Assembly (NCBI RefSeq): GCF_964213995.1
Contig: NC_135812.1
Span: 78,306,001 to 78,370,000 of the forward strand
Source: Mustelus asterias
Taxonomy: Eukaryota
Length of the DNA stretch: 64,000 nucleotides
Reading direction: 5' to 3'
A model generated the notes under the pieces. The model was given only the letters and a program-made list of their open reading frames with translations. It did not search any database and was not told the DNA's origin. Each line of letters begins with the position of its first letter. Positions within the stretch are counted from its first letter, which is position 1. Positions 51,815 through 64,000 of the stretch are shown here, piece by piece. The position numbers and the translations under genes were made by a program.

Positions 51815-52088
51815 TTCTTTATTCATTCGTGGAACATAGGCATCGCTGGCTGGCCAGCTTTATTGCCCATCCCTAGTTGCCCTTGAGAAGGTGCGATTGA
51901 TACTAAGTGGTGTGCTAAGCCATTTCAGAGGGTAGTTGAAAGTCAACCATATTGCTGTGGCACTGGAGTCACACATAGGCCAGGCCAGGCAAGAACAGCA
52001 GATTTCCTTCACTAAAAGGCTATTAGTGAACTAGAAGGGTTTTTCTAACAATGGTTTTAATTGAATTCAAATTCCACCATCTGCTGTA
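51815..52088 (-). mobile_element. tRNA-derived SINE with CR1-type tail
   Basis: Homologous to 520-865. Confidence 0.75.
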
Positions 52089-52359
52089 TCATTTCAAATC
52101 AAACTACTTCAGAACTGACGGACAATAGAGGTGTTGGGTGGGCATTGAACTATAGTTAAGACAGTTAGTGGGCTTATAATGAATATTAGTCAACAGTCTC
52201 TATCACAAATGGAGACAGAAATGAAGAAATGGACCATGTGAAAAGGCAAGAGTAAGGTGAAAACTGGAAGCAAATTTGATGGTCAGTTTTGGGCAAGAGC
52301 AGAAAATGGCACCTATATGGTCATCAAGCTACCAGTAAAAGAATTGGGAGAGGTGATCA

Positions 52360-52780
52360 GATTAGGAATGGAACAAAGAATGCTCCACATACCCCACAAA
52401 AGGAAAGGCATAGCTAGGACCCATGCAAGCCTATTCTCCACACCATCTGGAAAGCACAGAGAAAACAACAGAAAACTGCTCCAGTTTCATACCACAGGCA
52501 GCACCATTTGAACCTGCAACAATTACCACCTAGAAGGAGCAGGTGCAAGGGAACACCATCACACAGAGGTTTCTCTTCAAAGTCATACACCATCCTAACT
52601 TGGAACCACATCAGCATTCTTTCACTGGAACCGGGTCAAAACCCTAGAATTCCCTTCCTAGCATTGAAAATGTGCTACAAAAGGAGACTCACCACCACCT
52701 GCTCAAAGGCAATTAGGGAGGGTCAACAAATACAGACCTTGACAACAATGCTCACATCCCATGGAAGAATAAAACAAAAT
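52360..52780 (+). mobile_element. Older CR1-clade LINE 3' end (SINE partner)
   Basis: Homologous to 3875-4273 plus 5147-5258. Confidence 0.65.
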
Positions 52781-53059
52781 TCGAGTTGACAAACATTAAC
52801 ATACTCATTGCACCCAAAAAACCTCAGAGCACATGTTCTGATGTGGTATTAATGTATAGGTATAGAATAGAATATTACATCAATAGGCTTGTTCAGAGTC
52901 ATGCACTAAAAGTAGTCAACTTGACATGGAACTAAAACTATCCCACTTATTTCGTGAAGATTCAGCAAGTTCTAAACAACATCAGTGTATTGTGCCTTTC
53001 AACTGTCACCCCTCTGTAATGATCAGGGTAAAATCTGTACAAACCAAGCCTTGAAGAAT

Positions 53060-53410
53060 ACATTTTGATTTGTCACATGTATTAACAGTGAAAAGTATTG
53101 TTTCTTGCATGCGAGACAGACAAAACATACCATTCATACAGAAGGAAACGAGAGAGCGCAGAATGTAGCGTCACAGTCATAGCTAGGATGTAGAGAAAGA
53201 TCAACTTAATGCAAGGCAAGTCCACTCAAAAGTCTGACACTGCAGGGACACAAACTGTTTTTGAGTCGGTTGATACGTGACCTCAGAGTTTTGTATCTTT
53301 TTCCCCAAAGGAAGGTGGTGGAAGAGAGAATGTCGGGGTGCGTGGGCTCCTTAGCCGAGGAAGCGGGAAGTATAGACACAGGCAATGGATGGGAAGCTGG
53401 TTTGCGTGAT
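53060..53410 (-). mobile_element. Rex1/Babar-like LINE 3' fragment
   Basis: HP......GKRYKTLRSRINRLKNS..P.SVRLL C-terminal pattern. Confidence 0.55.
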
Positions 53411-55003
53411 GGTCCATTTACCCAACTTGACTGGAGCCAAGAAGGTGAAATCTCTGACAGTACAATAACAGACTGCATCTAACATTCAAACTCATGAATG
53501 TTTTAGGTCAGCCAAAATCAATGGACCCAATCTTTGCCCACAGGTGCCAACCCTTGGGAAAATCTTTAATTTTCAAAGGGATTTAAATTCAACTACAATA
53601 AAACACTAATGGATATTTTAGGTAGAAATTTAATTTGGAAAATTAACTCTGTGAAACCAGCAAACAAACAGCAGAAACAAAATCCCAGCAGAAATTAAAG
53701 TTCAAACTCAATTTTAGACTTTGATTCAGGTGGTGTCCTACATAGCTTTGAGGTTGACCTTTTGAAGATTCATGCATCAATTCCCTCTGTCCTTATCTGA
53801 GTAAATAATACAAAGAACCTCCCACGTTAATGGGTACAACTAGATCATTTTCAACTTTGCTCCCACTAGCCTTTAAACACATCTCACAATCCATGTAATC
53901 AACTCACTTGTGAAAGAACTTGAACTGTAATCTGTATCATAAGAGGTGTGTATGTATATACAATGAGTCAAGCACCTTTGCCCCAACAGTTCTTAGAAGG
54001 AAGACTGGGTTATCAGAGGACATGCTACAGATGGTGCCAGGCTGTTGCACATATACTTGTGCATGTCTGTGTATATTATACTAAGATTAAGCACTGAAAT
54101 TGGAAATAAAACATGCCTAGGAGCAAACCTGCACATTTTGTTGCACAGTCACTACATATATTGAAAATTCACAGGTGTTCATGTTGGTGTTCTGTGGTAG
54201 ACCACGAACTCAAAAGATTTGAGCTATACTACTGCCTTATTGCAGAAAGGCTACAAAGGTAACTTGTCTGACACTGAACTTCAATGGTTAGATGCACGCT
54301 TGGCTATCTCTCAATTCCTAGTTGACACAACTTTGAAATTACTATGGCTGAGAATTTAGTGCAATATGGCACCTCTGTTAAACATCATGAGCTGGATTCC
54401 ACACCCCTCCGACCTTCTGTTCCAAACAGTGCAAATGGATAAGAGCATGACAAGGGCAAGAGGACAGCTAGGACCTTGGTGAAGAATGCAACCAATAGTC
54501 TATCCGTTTATCCAAGGACCAGGAGAGAGAAACATAATGGACAACACAGTAGGAAATAGGGGGCACTCAAATCAAATAAAAAGAGATTGGAAGAAACACT
54601 AAGAGACAGGAAGGGCAATTTTGGAAGACAAATTTAAAAAGTTAAAACGTCCAGAGAAAATTTACTATCAATGGGAGTCAGACTGCACTGTTCTGGTTCT
54701 CCAAGGTCGAGTGGCACAGCAGGAACAGAAATCTGGTCTTGAAAAGGGTCCTTAAGCCGTGCAATGTCAGCAGTAACTTTGTGATAGGTTTAAACTATAT
54801 TCCCAATGCAAATCCAGCAATTGCTTGGAACACGGTGAGATTGATAGCAAGATTAAGTCTGCAGCAATCTGTGGCGATTTGCAATTCATGACATTTATGC
54901 CTAGTCATAAAACTGGTGGATTTTTCTTTTGGACACCAACACACCTTTAAACTCGCCATAGTAATAGCCAATACAAACGCCTTTGCTGTCCAATTTATTT
55001 TAC

Positions 55004-55147
55004 CTGGTTGAGGTTGAGAACAGTGAAAAACTCCTCTTGACACTGTTGGGCAATCTGCCGACTTTCTGTCGATGTCACGCAGTTATCACAGGCCAGGCAG
55101 TCACTGAGAAATATTTTGGCATTGGCTAGCTTATGAAATTCACTTTC
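55004..55147 (-). CDS. NARF: NARF exon 3
   Basis: ESEFHKLANAKIFLSDCLACDNCVTSTESRQIAQQCQEEFFTVLNLNQ; ag/gt, 144 nt. Confidence 0.95.
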
Positions 55148-55227
55148 CTGTTTTAAAAATAAAGTGCAGTCAGTAATAGATCATTTATTAACAAACAACA
55201 AGATTAGCCTCTCTCTAGGTGCCTCAC

Positions 55228-55311
55228 CTCATCTATTTCGCTGGTGGTGCCGCTCTTCGTGTCGTTGACCAGACTTTCATTTTCATTATTTTTCTGTTTT
55301 TTAGTGCATTT
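55228..55311 (-). CDS. NARF: NARF exon 2
   Basis: KCTKKQKNNENESLVNDTKSGTTSEIDE; ag/gt, 84 nt, phase 0. Confidence 0.85.
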
Positions 55312-55458
55312 CTAAATTCAAATACAAAAAAAATTCAGTGCGGAATCCGGCTCGTCAAAAAGGTCTTGTACAAAATAATAAAATCCCTGAAACCAACTCA
55401 GCATTGTTACAAGCGCAAGAAAATGAAACTAAGCCAGGGACAAAGGGATTTTCCTTAC

Positions 55459-55485
55459 ATTTTTAGTGCATTTATCACACTTCAT
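55459..55485 (-). CDS. NARF: NARF coding exon 1 (ATG at 55485)
   Basis: MKCDKCTKN then gtaagg donor; resembles the NARF N-terminus MKCEHCTRK and separates it from NARFL/CIAO3. Confidence 0.9.
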
Positions 55486-56039
55486 GTCTACGCAAGGGGC
55501 CTTTTCTGTCCCCTCTCCTCTCGCTCTGTTGTTCCTCTCTCTTCCACGGCGTGGGTCTGGTCCGGGGAGTTCTTCCTTCACTGTTTTAGCCACCAAGCTG
55601 TGGATACAAAGAGGCCGCTTTGAAGTTGAAGAGAGTTCACACAGCCCCAGATATTTAACACCACGAGACACTGCTCACTTCTCCAAATGACCCCCAAGCC
55701 TACCTCCAAAAATTGCAGCTAATATACCCCCTTACATCCTCCATTCCCCTCCCCTGGGGGTGGGGGACTCAGGGAGAGGGTTAAACCAACCACATCCCCC
55801 AGAACAAAACCCAAAAGACAGTCCGAGCAACAACAGTAAAAAAAATGATGTTAGATCCACACCGACAAAAAAATAAATCACCTTAATTTTCTTTCGCTGA
55901 CTTCCTAAGCGGAGTGAGCAGCTGATATCCACCGACAGCCTTCTGTAGGTCAAAACCAGACAGAGATTGCACCGGCATGTCAGAAAGCAGCATTTGCTGC
56001 TAATGCCATCTCTTCTTTCTTGTTAATCCTCCTTCCTTT

Positions 56040-56285
56040 CAGTTTGTGAGTCCTCCCCGAGTGTCACAGCCTCCGCTATGACTCAGTCAGCCTGGCTGCC
56101 GCAAGATGCCCCGTCCTTCATATTGGTGCCGCCTCCTCTCTGAACAGCGACATTGCGAACCTGACAAGCAGCACGTATTGGCCGCACACACTCCAGCTGG
56201 GAGCCAGAGGGAGGAGGCAGCTATCTTCACTATAACAATGCTTCCGCCTCTTACCCGCACTGTGTCACCGCCCCTTCCCACAGCT
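56040..56285 (-). promoter_or_regulatory. Candidate NARF promoter / 5' region
   Basis: GC/CpG-enriched; AP-1 TGACTCA 56079-56085, TACGTGC 56171-56177 (minus), CCAAT boxes, GGGGCGG near 56270. Confidence 0.45.
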
Positions 56286-56514
56286 AAATAAAAACACTTT
56301 CTCTGTTTTACTTTTTAAAAAAAAACCCGACAGCTTCAAATTGAAAATTAAATCGACCTGAAGCTGTTCATTTCAAAGCGCACTTTACAGAAAAGTGATA
56401 CCCTCCCCGGGTGATTTTTATGATATCCAAACTCTAGCCTGTTGTTAATTCATTATTTCCTGCTTGTTAATTACGAGACACCGACCGTAATTTGATCCTT
56501 ATGAGAATCGTGGG

Positions 56515-57300
56515 ATGGGGGTGGAAAGATTTGTAAGGATTTTGTTTGGGGTAGAGTTTTGTAAGGGTTGTGTTCGTGGTGGAGTTTTGTAAGGATTGTG
56601 TTTGGGGTAGAGTTTTGTAAGGGTTGTGTTCGTGGTGGAGTTTTGTAAGGATTGTGTTTGGGGTGAAGTTTTATAAGGATTGTGTATTTGGGGTGGAGTT
56701 TTGTAAGGATTGTGTTTGGGGTGCAGTTTTGTAAATTTTGTAAAGGTTGTATTGTATTGGGGAGGGGATTGTGCTTTATAAAGGATTTTTGTGTTTGAGG
56801 TGGAGTTTTATGAAAGTTGTGTTGGGCTTTGTGTTTTAGGGTGGAGTTTTGTAAAGGTTGTGTTGTATTGGGGGAGGGGATTGTGCTTCATAAAGGATTT
56901 TTGTGTTTTAGGGTGGAGTTTTGTAAAGGTTGTACAGGGTGGGGTAGAGTTTAATAAAGTTTATGTTGGTTGGGGGTTGAACTTTGTTGGACTGGGATGA
57001 AATTTTGAGTTTTGTATTTGGGGGCGGAGATTTGTAAGGGTTTTGTTGTCAGGTGGAGTTATGAAACTTGTGTTTGATGGGGGATGAATTTTGTAAGGGT
57101 TGTGTTTGGAGTTGAATTTTAAAAGAGGTTGGGTGTGGGGATTGTGTTTTTATAAGTATTTTGTTCTGCTTGGGGGTGGAATTTTGTAAGAGTTTTGTCA
57201 TGTATGGGGGTGGAGATTTGTAAGAGTTATGTGGGGAGGGTGGAGTTTGAGAAAGGTTGATGGGGGATGAGCTTTGTAAGGGTTGTGTTGTATTTGAGGA
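56515..57300. repeat. Degenerate G/T-rich minisatellite (~28-bp unit GGGGTGGAGTTTTGTAAGGATTGTGTTT)
   Basis: Recurrent GGAGTTTTGTAAGG cores; a 57-bp dimer unit is exactly repeated near 56545-56660. Confidence 0.85.
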
Positions 57301-57518
57301 AGGGGCGGAGTGTGCGTGGGGATGGTACGTTGGGGGAAAAACAAAGTTGTAGCCACCAGCCCATTGGACAACAGGCTGGCGGGGGGCTGATCTTGAACTG
57401 AGCCAATGAGAGATCCAAGATGTACAAGAGGGAAGAGGAAGAACTCATTCAGAAACTTACACGCCTGGCCAGTGACTCAACGCGTTGAAGAGGAAGAGCC
57501 GCAGAACAGGCGGTATGC
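57300..57518 (+). promoter_or_regulatory. Candidate promoter and first non-coding exon of a divergent gene
   Basis: GC box GGGGCGGAG at 57302, CCAAT at 57403, inverted CCAAT at ~57363, CpGs, possible donor CG/GTATGC at 57513. Confidence 0.4.
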
Positions 57519-58704
57519 CTTTTTGTTCCTCTTTTAACACAAACTGATCTCCAAAGATTGGGAATTTATTTTAGCTGTAGTTCAATATTCCTATTTAAAA
57601 CGGCTATTGAAACTGATAATTTGCCATTCAATAAGTATATCGTTGAATTATAAACGACTATTTAACTTGGTTCCTGCATTTGATTTAAAACGGTGGTGAT
57701 TCTTCACTTAAATGGATGTCTTTGAGGGATGTCTTATTATGAACCGTTGGAGTATCAAGAGTTACAAGTTTCATTCATGCTCACACTAGTTGTAAATATT
57801 TCAAATCGCTGTTTAGATTTCAGATTTCTTCGACAGTGACAGTGTTGTAACAGCTCTTTCCAAATCACCAGACCCACAGAATTCAGTCAGAACAGACCAG
57901 CAAAAATCCAATATGAGATAAATAAATCTCAGTTGCCTAGTGTTTCGGGATCACGCTAACAGGAGCAAGGGGACCGCGGTTTGGTGACTTGGAAATGAAA
58001 GTGTACATTGTCATCATTAACCGTGCTCCAGCATATAACATGTTACTAATTTCCTTGTTTGAACCCAGTTTGAGTAATCGCTTTCATCAAATTGGCTGAG
58101 TGCTGTAAATGACCTCCAGGCAGCCTCAGGTTTTACTGGAGTTGATTGTTTACCGGTAGTATTGACACCATTAGTGCTTTTTTTTGACCATTATCTCGAC
58201 AGAGCCATCAATTGCTGCTTGCTGAAAATAATGAAAGCCTTTTTATGGTGAATAAATACCCACACGATGAGCGAAAGGCATTAAAAATGTATGTCTGGTG
58301 CACTCCAAGCAAGAATTAAGAACTGAGCAGAAACCTCTGATATTTAGAACCATTATTAATTCAAATATTATTGATATTCTGTGCATATAGAATGTGATGT
58401 ATGCTATAAATTTGCAATTTAAGGTGAGATTGCTTTGATGTGGGATGGGAGAAACAAAATGGTTAAAGAAGTGTAGAGTTACCAATGAGATATGAGTTGT
58501 TACTTAAATGCATTACAGAGTAGGGTATGAGCTAATGGTCCATGGGGAAAATTGATAGATGTTGAGGATAGCGTGTTTTCCTGTTAGTTATAATGCAATT
58601 AAAATAACACAGACTTGCCTTTGTACAGCACTTTCAAAATAATAAATCATCTCCAAGCACTTTACATATGAGTAAATACAATAAGTAGTAGTAGAAATTA
58701 AGAT

Positions 58705-58836
58705 GGAAGCAAAAATACTGCGGGTGATGAATCTGAAACAAAAACAGAAAATGCTGGAAATCTCAGCAGGTCTGACAGCATCTGTGGAGAGAAAATAGGG
58801 CCAATGTTTCAAGTCAGGATGACCCTTCGTCAGAGT
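58705..58836 (-). mobile_element. Short Penelope-derived element with hammerhead core
   Basis: Minus strand CTGACGA-A-GGGTCA-TCC-TGACTT-GAAAC. Confidence 0.7.
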
Positions 58837-59122
58837 AGAAATGGGGAGTTGACAAAGAGCCTGCTCATAAAGCTAGGTTTTTAGGAGGCTTTTGAAAGGA
58901 AGGGAGGGTGGCAGCAATGCAAAGAGGATCAAGGAATAAATTGCAGAGGGCAGGATCTGTGTGTTTGGAAGATCCATCACAAAATGAGAAGCAGGAGGGT
59001 GTGGGGTGGGTAACAAGAGGCTGACATGCGTTGCAGAAGTAGAGTGAGAAAGTTGTAAATAAGGACAGTTACTTTTTAAAGGTAAGTGTGGGTTTTTACA
59101 ACAACCGATAATAGTTTCATCA

Positions 59123-59778
59123 ATGCAGGTGAAGGTAGTCAAGAAGGCATACGACATGCTTGCCTTCATCGGCTGGGGCACTGAGTTTAAAAATTGGCTA
59201 GTCATGTTGCAGCTTTATAGAACCTTAGTTAGGCCGCACTTGGAATATAGTGTTCAATTCTGGTCACCACACTATCAGAAGGATGTGGAGGCTTTGGCGA
59301 GGGTACAGAAAAGATTTACCAGGATGTTGCCTGGTATGGAGGGCATTAGCTATGAGGAGAGGTTGGAGAAACTTGGTTTGTTCTCACTGGAGCGACGGAG
59401 GTTGAGGGGCGACCTGATAGAAGTCTACAAGATTGAGAGGCATAGACGGAGTGGATAGTCAGAAGCTTTTTACCAGGGTGGAAGAGTGAATTATTAGAGG
59501 GCATAGGTTGAAGATGCGAGGGGCAAGGTTTAAAGGAGATGTACGAGGCAGATTTTTTACAGAGTAGTGGGTGCCTGGAACTCGTTGCCGGGGGAGGTAG
59601 TGGAAGTGGATACGGTAGTGACTTTTAATGGGCGTCTTGACAAGTACATGAATAGGATGGGAATGGAGGGATATAGTCCCCGGAAGGTTAGGAGGTTTTA
59701 GTTAAGTCGGGCAGCATGGCCGGTGCAGGCTTGGAGAGCCGAAGGGCCTGTTCCTGTGCTGTAATTTTCTTTGTTCTA
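59123..59778 (+). mobile_element. CR1 LINE 3' fragment
   Basis: ORF 59123-59458 CR1 C-terminus; short 3'UTR and tail. Confidence 0.92.
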
Positions 59779-59785
59779 TCACCGT

Positions 59786-61381
59786 AGCATAAGAACTAGG
59801 AGTAGGAGTAGGCCATCTGGCCCCTCGAGCCTGCTCCGACATTCAATAAGATCATGGCTGATCTTTTTGTGGACTCGGCTCCACTGACCCGCCCGCTCAC
59901 CATAACCCTTAATTCCTTTACTGTTCAAAAATTTATCTATCCTTGCCTTAAAAACATTCAATGAGGTAGCCTCAATTGCTTCACTGGGCAGGAAATTCCA
60001 CAGATTCACAATCCTTTGTGTGAAGAAGTTCCTCCTCAACTCAGTCCTAAATCTGCTTCCCCTTATTTTGAGGCTATGCCCCCTAGTTCTAGTTTCACTC
60101 GCCAGTGGAAACAACTTCCCTGCTTCTATCTTATCTATTCCCTTCATAATCTTATATGTTTCTATAAGATCTCCCCATATTCTTCTGAATTCCAATGAGT
60201 ATAGCCCCAGTCTACTCAGTCTCTCCTCATAAGCCAACCCTCTCAACACCGGAATCAACCTAGTGAATTTCCTCTGCACCCCCTCCAGTGCCAGTATATC
60301 CTTTCTCAAGTAAGGAGACCAAAACTGTACACAGTACTCCAGGTGTGGCCTCACCAGCACCTTGTGCAGCTGCAGCATAATCTTGCTGTTTTTAAACTCC
60401 ATCCCTTTTAGCAATGAAGGACAAAATTCCATTTGCTTTCTTAATTACCTGCTGCACCTGCAAACCAACTCCTTGAGATTCCTGCACAAAGACATCCAGG
60501 TCCCTCTGCACAGCAGCATGCTGCAATTTTTTACCATTTAAATAATAGTCCATTTTGCTGTTATTCCTACCAAAATGGATGACCTCACATTTACCAACAT
60601 TGTACTCCATCTGCCAGACCCTCACCCACTCACTTAGATTTTCTATATCCCTTTGCAGACTTTCAGCGTCCTCTGCACACTTTGCTCTTCCACCCATCTT
60701 AGTGTCATCTGCGAATTTTGACACACTACACTTGGTCCCCAAATCCAAATCATCTATGTAAATCATGAACAATTGCGGTCCCAACACTGATCCCTGAGGC
60801 ACACCACTAGTCACTGATCGCCAACCAGAAAAACACCCATTTACTCCCCCTCTTTGCTTTCTGTTTGTTAACCAATCCTCTATCCATGCCAGTACATTAC
60901 CTGTAACACTGTGCACCTTTATCTTATGTAGCAGTCTTTAGTGCGGCACCTTGTCAAATGCCTTCTGGAAATCCAGATACACTACATCCACAGGTTCCCC
61001 ATTGTCCACTGCACATGTAATGTTCTCAAAGAATGCCACCAAATTAGTCAAACATGACCTGCCCTTCATGAACCCATGCTGCGTCTTACCAATGGGACAA
61101 TTTATATCCAGATGTCTCGCTATTTCTTCTTTGATAGATTCAAGCATTTTCCCTACAGAAGTTAAGCTAACCGGCCTATAGTTACCTGCCTTTTGTCTAC
61201 CTCCTTTTTTAAACAGTGGCGTCACATTTGCTGTTTTCCAATCTGCGGGAACCACCCCAGAGTCCAGCGAATTTTGATAAATTACCACCAGTGCATTTGC
61301 TATTTCTCCCGCCATCTCTTTTAGTACCCTGGGATGCATTCCATCAGGATCAGGAGACTTGTCTACCTTTAGCCCTATTAA
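59786..61381 (-). mobile_element. CR1 LINE, 5'-truncated, frameshifted
   Basis: ORFs 60938-61384, 60392-60916 and 59779-60432 carry RT motifs. Confidence 0.93.
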
Positions 61382-63724
61382 CAACTTGTTACTGAGAACA
61401 GCTTTACCTTCCAGATTTATTAATTGAATTTAAATTCCACCAGTAGCTGTAATGGGATTTGAACCCATGTCCCCAAAACCTGGTTGTCTTGGGTTAATAT
61501 CCTAGTGAAGTTACCTCTGTTGCTATCATCCCATGATTTTGGACTCAGTGCATTGGGCGAAACAGAGCTGACGGAAAATAAAAAGGACAAGGGTGAGGGG
61601 TAAATTTAATTTGTTCAGTTTTATGTATAATAAACAAACATGGTTGCAGTTTTCCTAAAATATGGGAAGTTTAAGTCTAATTTTGGGAATATTTAAATGA
61701 AAAAGCATAGTTTAATAAAGACATGATAGAGGTGTTCAAACTTCTAAGAGGTTTCGATAGAGTAGAGGGAGGGAGAAACTTTTTTTTTGGCAAAAGGATC
61801 TAGAATTAAAGGACACAGATTTAAGTTTGGCAAAAGAACCAAAGGCATTATGAGAAAAAACAGTTTGTGCAAGAAGTGGTTATGATCTTGAATGTGCTGC
61901 CTGGAAGGATGGCGGAAGTAAATTCAAATTTCAAAAGTGAGTTAGATCAGTGCTAAAAAAATTGCAAGGGTGGGAAAAATGGTGGGGAAGTGGGACTAAT
62001 TTGTTTGCTGTTGCCAAGAGCTGGCATAGACTTGACGGCGGAATGGCCTCCTCCCTACTGCAACCAATCTCTGATACTGGAACAAAAGTGATTGGAATCT
62101 ACAGAACAAGTTAAAATAGAGGGCTGAGGTTCTGAAGCTTGGGAAACATGAGAAGAGAAAGCCACTGCATTGCATTACATCTTCTGTAATGTAATAGTTT
62201 AATGTTAGATTTTAGACTTCATTACTTCCATTAAAGCAAGTTGTTAGATGTGTGGTGTGTGTGGTCACATACCTTGTTTGTCCTTTTATGAAATAATTTT
62301 GCTTAATTTAAATTTAACCTGAGTCTGTTGGTGTGATCATTTTTCAGTTTCTCACCGGAGAAAGATCTTATGGAGTCAGTGACTGAAATTATATTAACTG
62401 GAAGATTGGCTGGCTTGTATTACTGGGCTATTTGGAAAGTTACCACTAGCAGTTACCGTTTGCCTATGAGAACCTAAGATAGGAGTGCTGAATGCTCTAG
62501 AATAGTAAGGGTAGGAAGAATCAAAAATGTAACATGGGATTTGAAGCTTGGTTCTGGGCCTTGGTCAAGCTTGAGACGGGTGGAGTCAATAGCAGAGGTA
62601 TGCATTTTTGGTGCAAAGTAAGATGGCTTTGGTTTTTCCTGTATTTGGCTGTAGAAGTTTCACTTAATGTCAGACAGTCAAATGGTTGTGGAAGGTGATT
62701 TGGGGGGGTGGGGGGGGGGGGGTTTAAAAGTTGAAAATCATTAACATGCATGTGACATTAATCCCATGTTAGCATATAATATCTTAAAAGGGCAGCATCT
62801 GAATGAAGAGGGGGTAAGGATAGAACTTTTATCGTTTGTGGTTTGGAATAGTATGCAAATAGTTAAAACCTAGAAATTAATGGTGCCAATATTAGCAGAT
62901 GAATCCAAACAGTGTTGGAATGATGTTTCCTTATTCACTGTAATGTAGGTGTTAATACCTTCATTTTAAATTATTTATTGTCTCTTCTGAACGGCTATAA
63001 CCGTGTTAAGAATGTGGCTCCAAGCATGGCCAACGTTGACTTTTCGGCTTCAGTGTTTTAAACAAACCAAAATCCTTGTAAGTTAAATTTACTTTCTGCT
63101 CCAGGCATCTTTGGTGCTATCGAACACTTGGACTCGCTGCAGGAGTGCTCACAGTAACTGCATTCAGTTACTAAACTGCTCAGACTTGCACACTACACAC
63201 TTTGTGTTATTAATGCTCTTTTATGGGTTGAATTGTTCCTTTGTCCTGATGAAAAGCTAGCGTAATGATGTACTGGGAATTATTTTATAATATCTGAAAC
63301 TGTCGATAGATTTGCTTATCAGTGGTGCCTTGGTTAGATAAATGTGCCAAGTAAACCTAAACCTGAGGACATGATCAAATGAAGCAGTGCGTTGCATCCA
63401 CAGGAACTGCAGCAGCTGCCAGAGTACAATTCTATTGGTGCTACACCATGCATGGAACTGTGCTCGTCACGTTGCCTCACGCAGGATTTCCAAATCCTGT
63501 TTTGATGACTGTTAACCTCAACAACGATCAGGTCATGAATCACAACTCATTTTCCTGAGCTGGTTTGAAGAAGTAAAGATACATGCAAAGCTAAATTGAC
63601 TGCCACAGAGGTGTTATCACTTTTTCAGCTAAAAATGCTTTTGTTCACAATGCATTTATAGATTGTTCAAAGTTGTATTATTAGTCCCATGTCTCAGATT
63701 GCGCAGCATATATTCCATTTGGCG

Positions 63725-64000
63725 TGCAGTACTGTGGATTCAGTAATGCGGAGAGGAGTCTCCTTACTTGAAAAAGGATATACTGGCACTGGAGGGGGTG
63801 CAGAGGAGATTCACCAGGTTGATTCCGGAGTTGAGAGGATTGGCTTATGAGGAGAGACTGAGTAGACTGGGGCTATACTCATTGGAATTCGGAAGAATGA
63901 GGGGAGATCTTATAAAAACACATAAGATTATGAAGGGAATAGATAAGATAGAAGCAGGGAAGTTGTTTCCACTGGCGTGTGAAACTGGAACTAGGGGGCA
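63725..64000 (+). mobile_element. CR1 LINE fragment (same subfamily as 59786-61381), runs off the window
   Basis: Near-identical reverse complement of ~60078-60320. Confidence 0.88.

Noticed and set aside
63090-63160. APGI-encoding stretch as a CYBC1 exon
   Set aside because: Flanking residues do not resemble CYBC1 and the frame stops shortly after

Overview
Vertebrate genomic DNA, most likely from a cartilaginous fish (shark). This is inferred from HE1/V-SINE-like SINEs, CR1 LINEs and a DeuSINE. Two spliced minus-strand genes were reconstructed by hand from GT-AG boundaries: CFAP52/WDR16 coding exons 1-8 (24960 down to 5882; the gene continues past the left edge) and a complete 11-exon NARF CDS (55485 down to 32002; 1383 nt, 460 aa). 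Between them lie a 17-copy ~34-bp promoter minisatellite beside an RFX X-box, two tRNA-Gln(CTG) genes plus a degenerate inverted third copy, and a Penelope-like element. Introns are full of TEs: CR1, a decayed Gypsy LTR element, Harbinger-like MITEs, three SINE families, L2/RTE/Rex fragments and short Penelope-derived elements carrying minimal hammerhead ribozymes. The most unusual signal is an acquired 3'UTR module in a young CR1 copy that folds, on the element's sense strand, into a three-way junction with two U-rich internal loops resembling a double ENE triple-helix element. There are no prokaryotic features and no CRISPR array. All family and orthology calls come from sequence recognition, not database searches.
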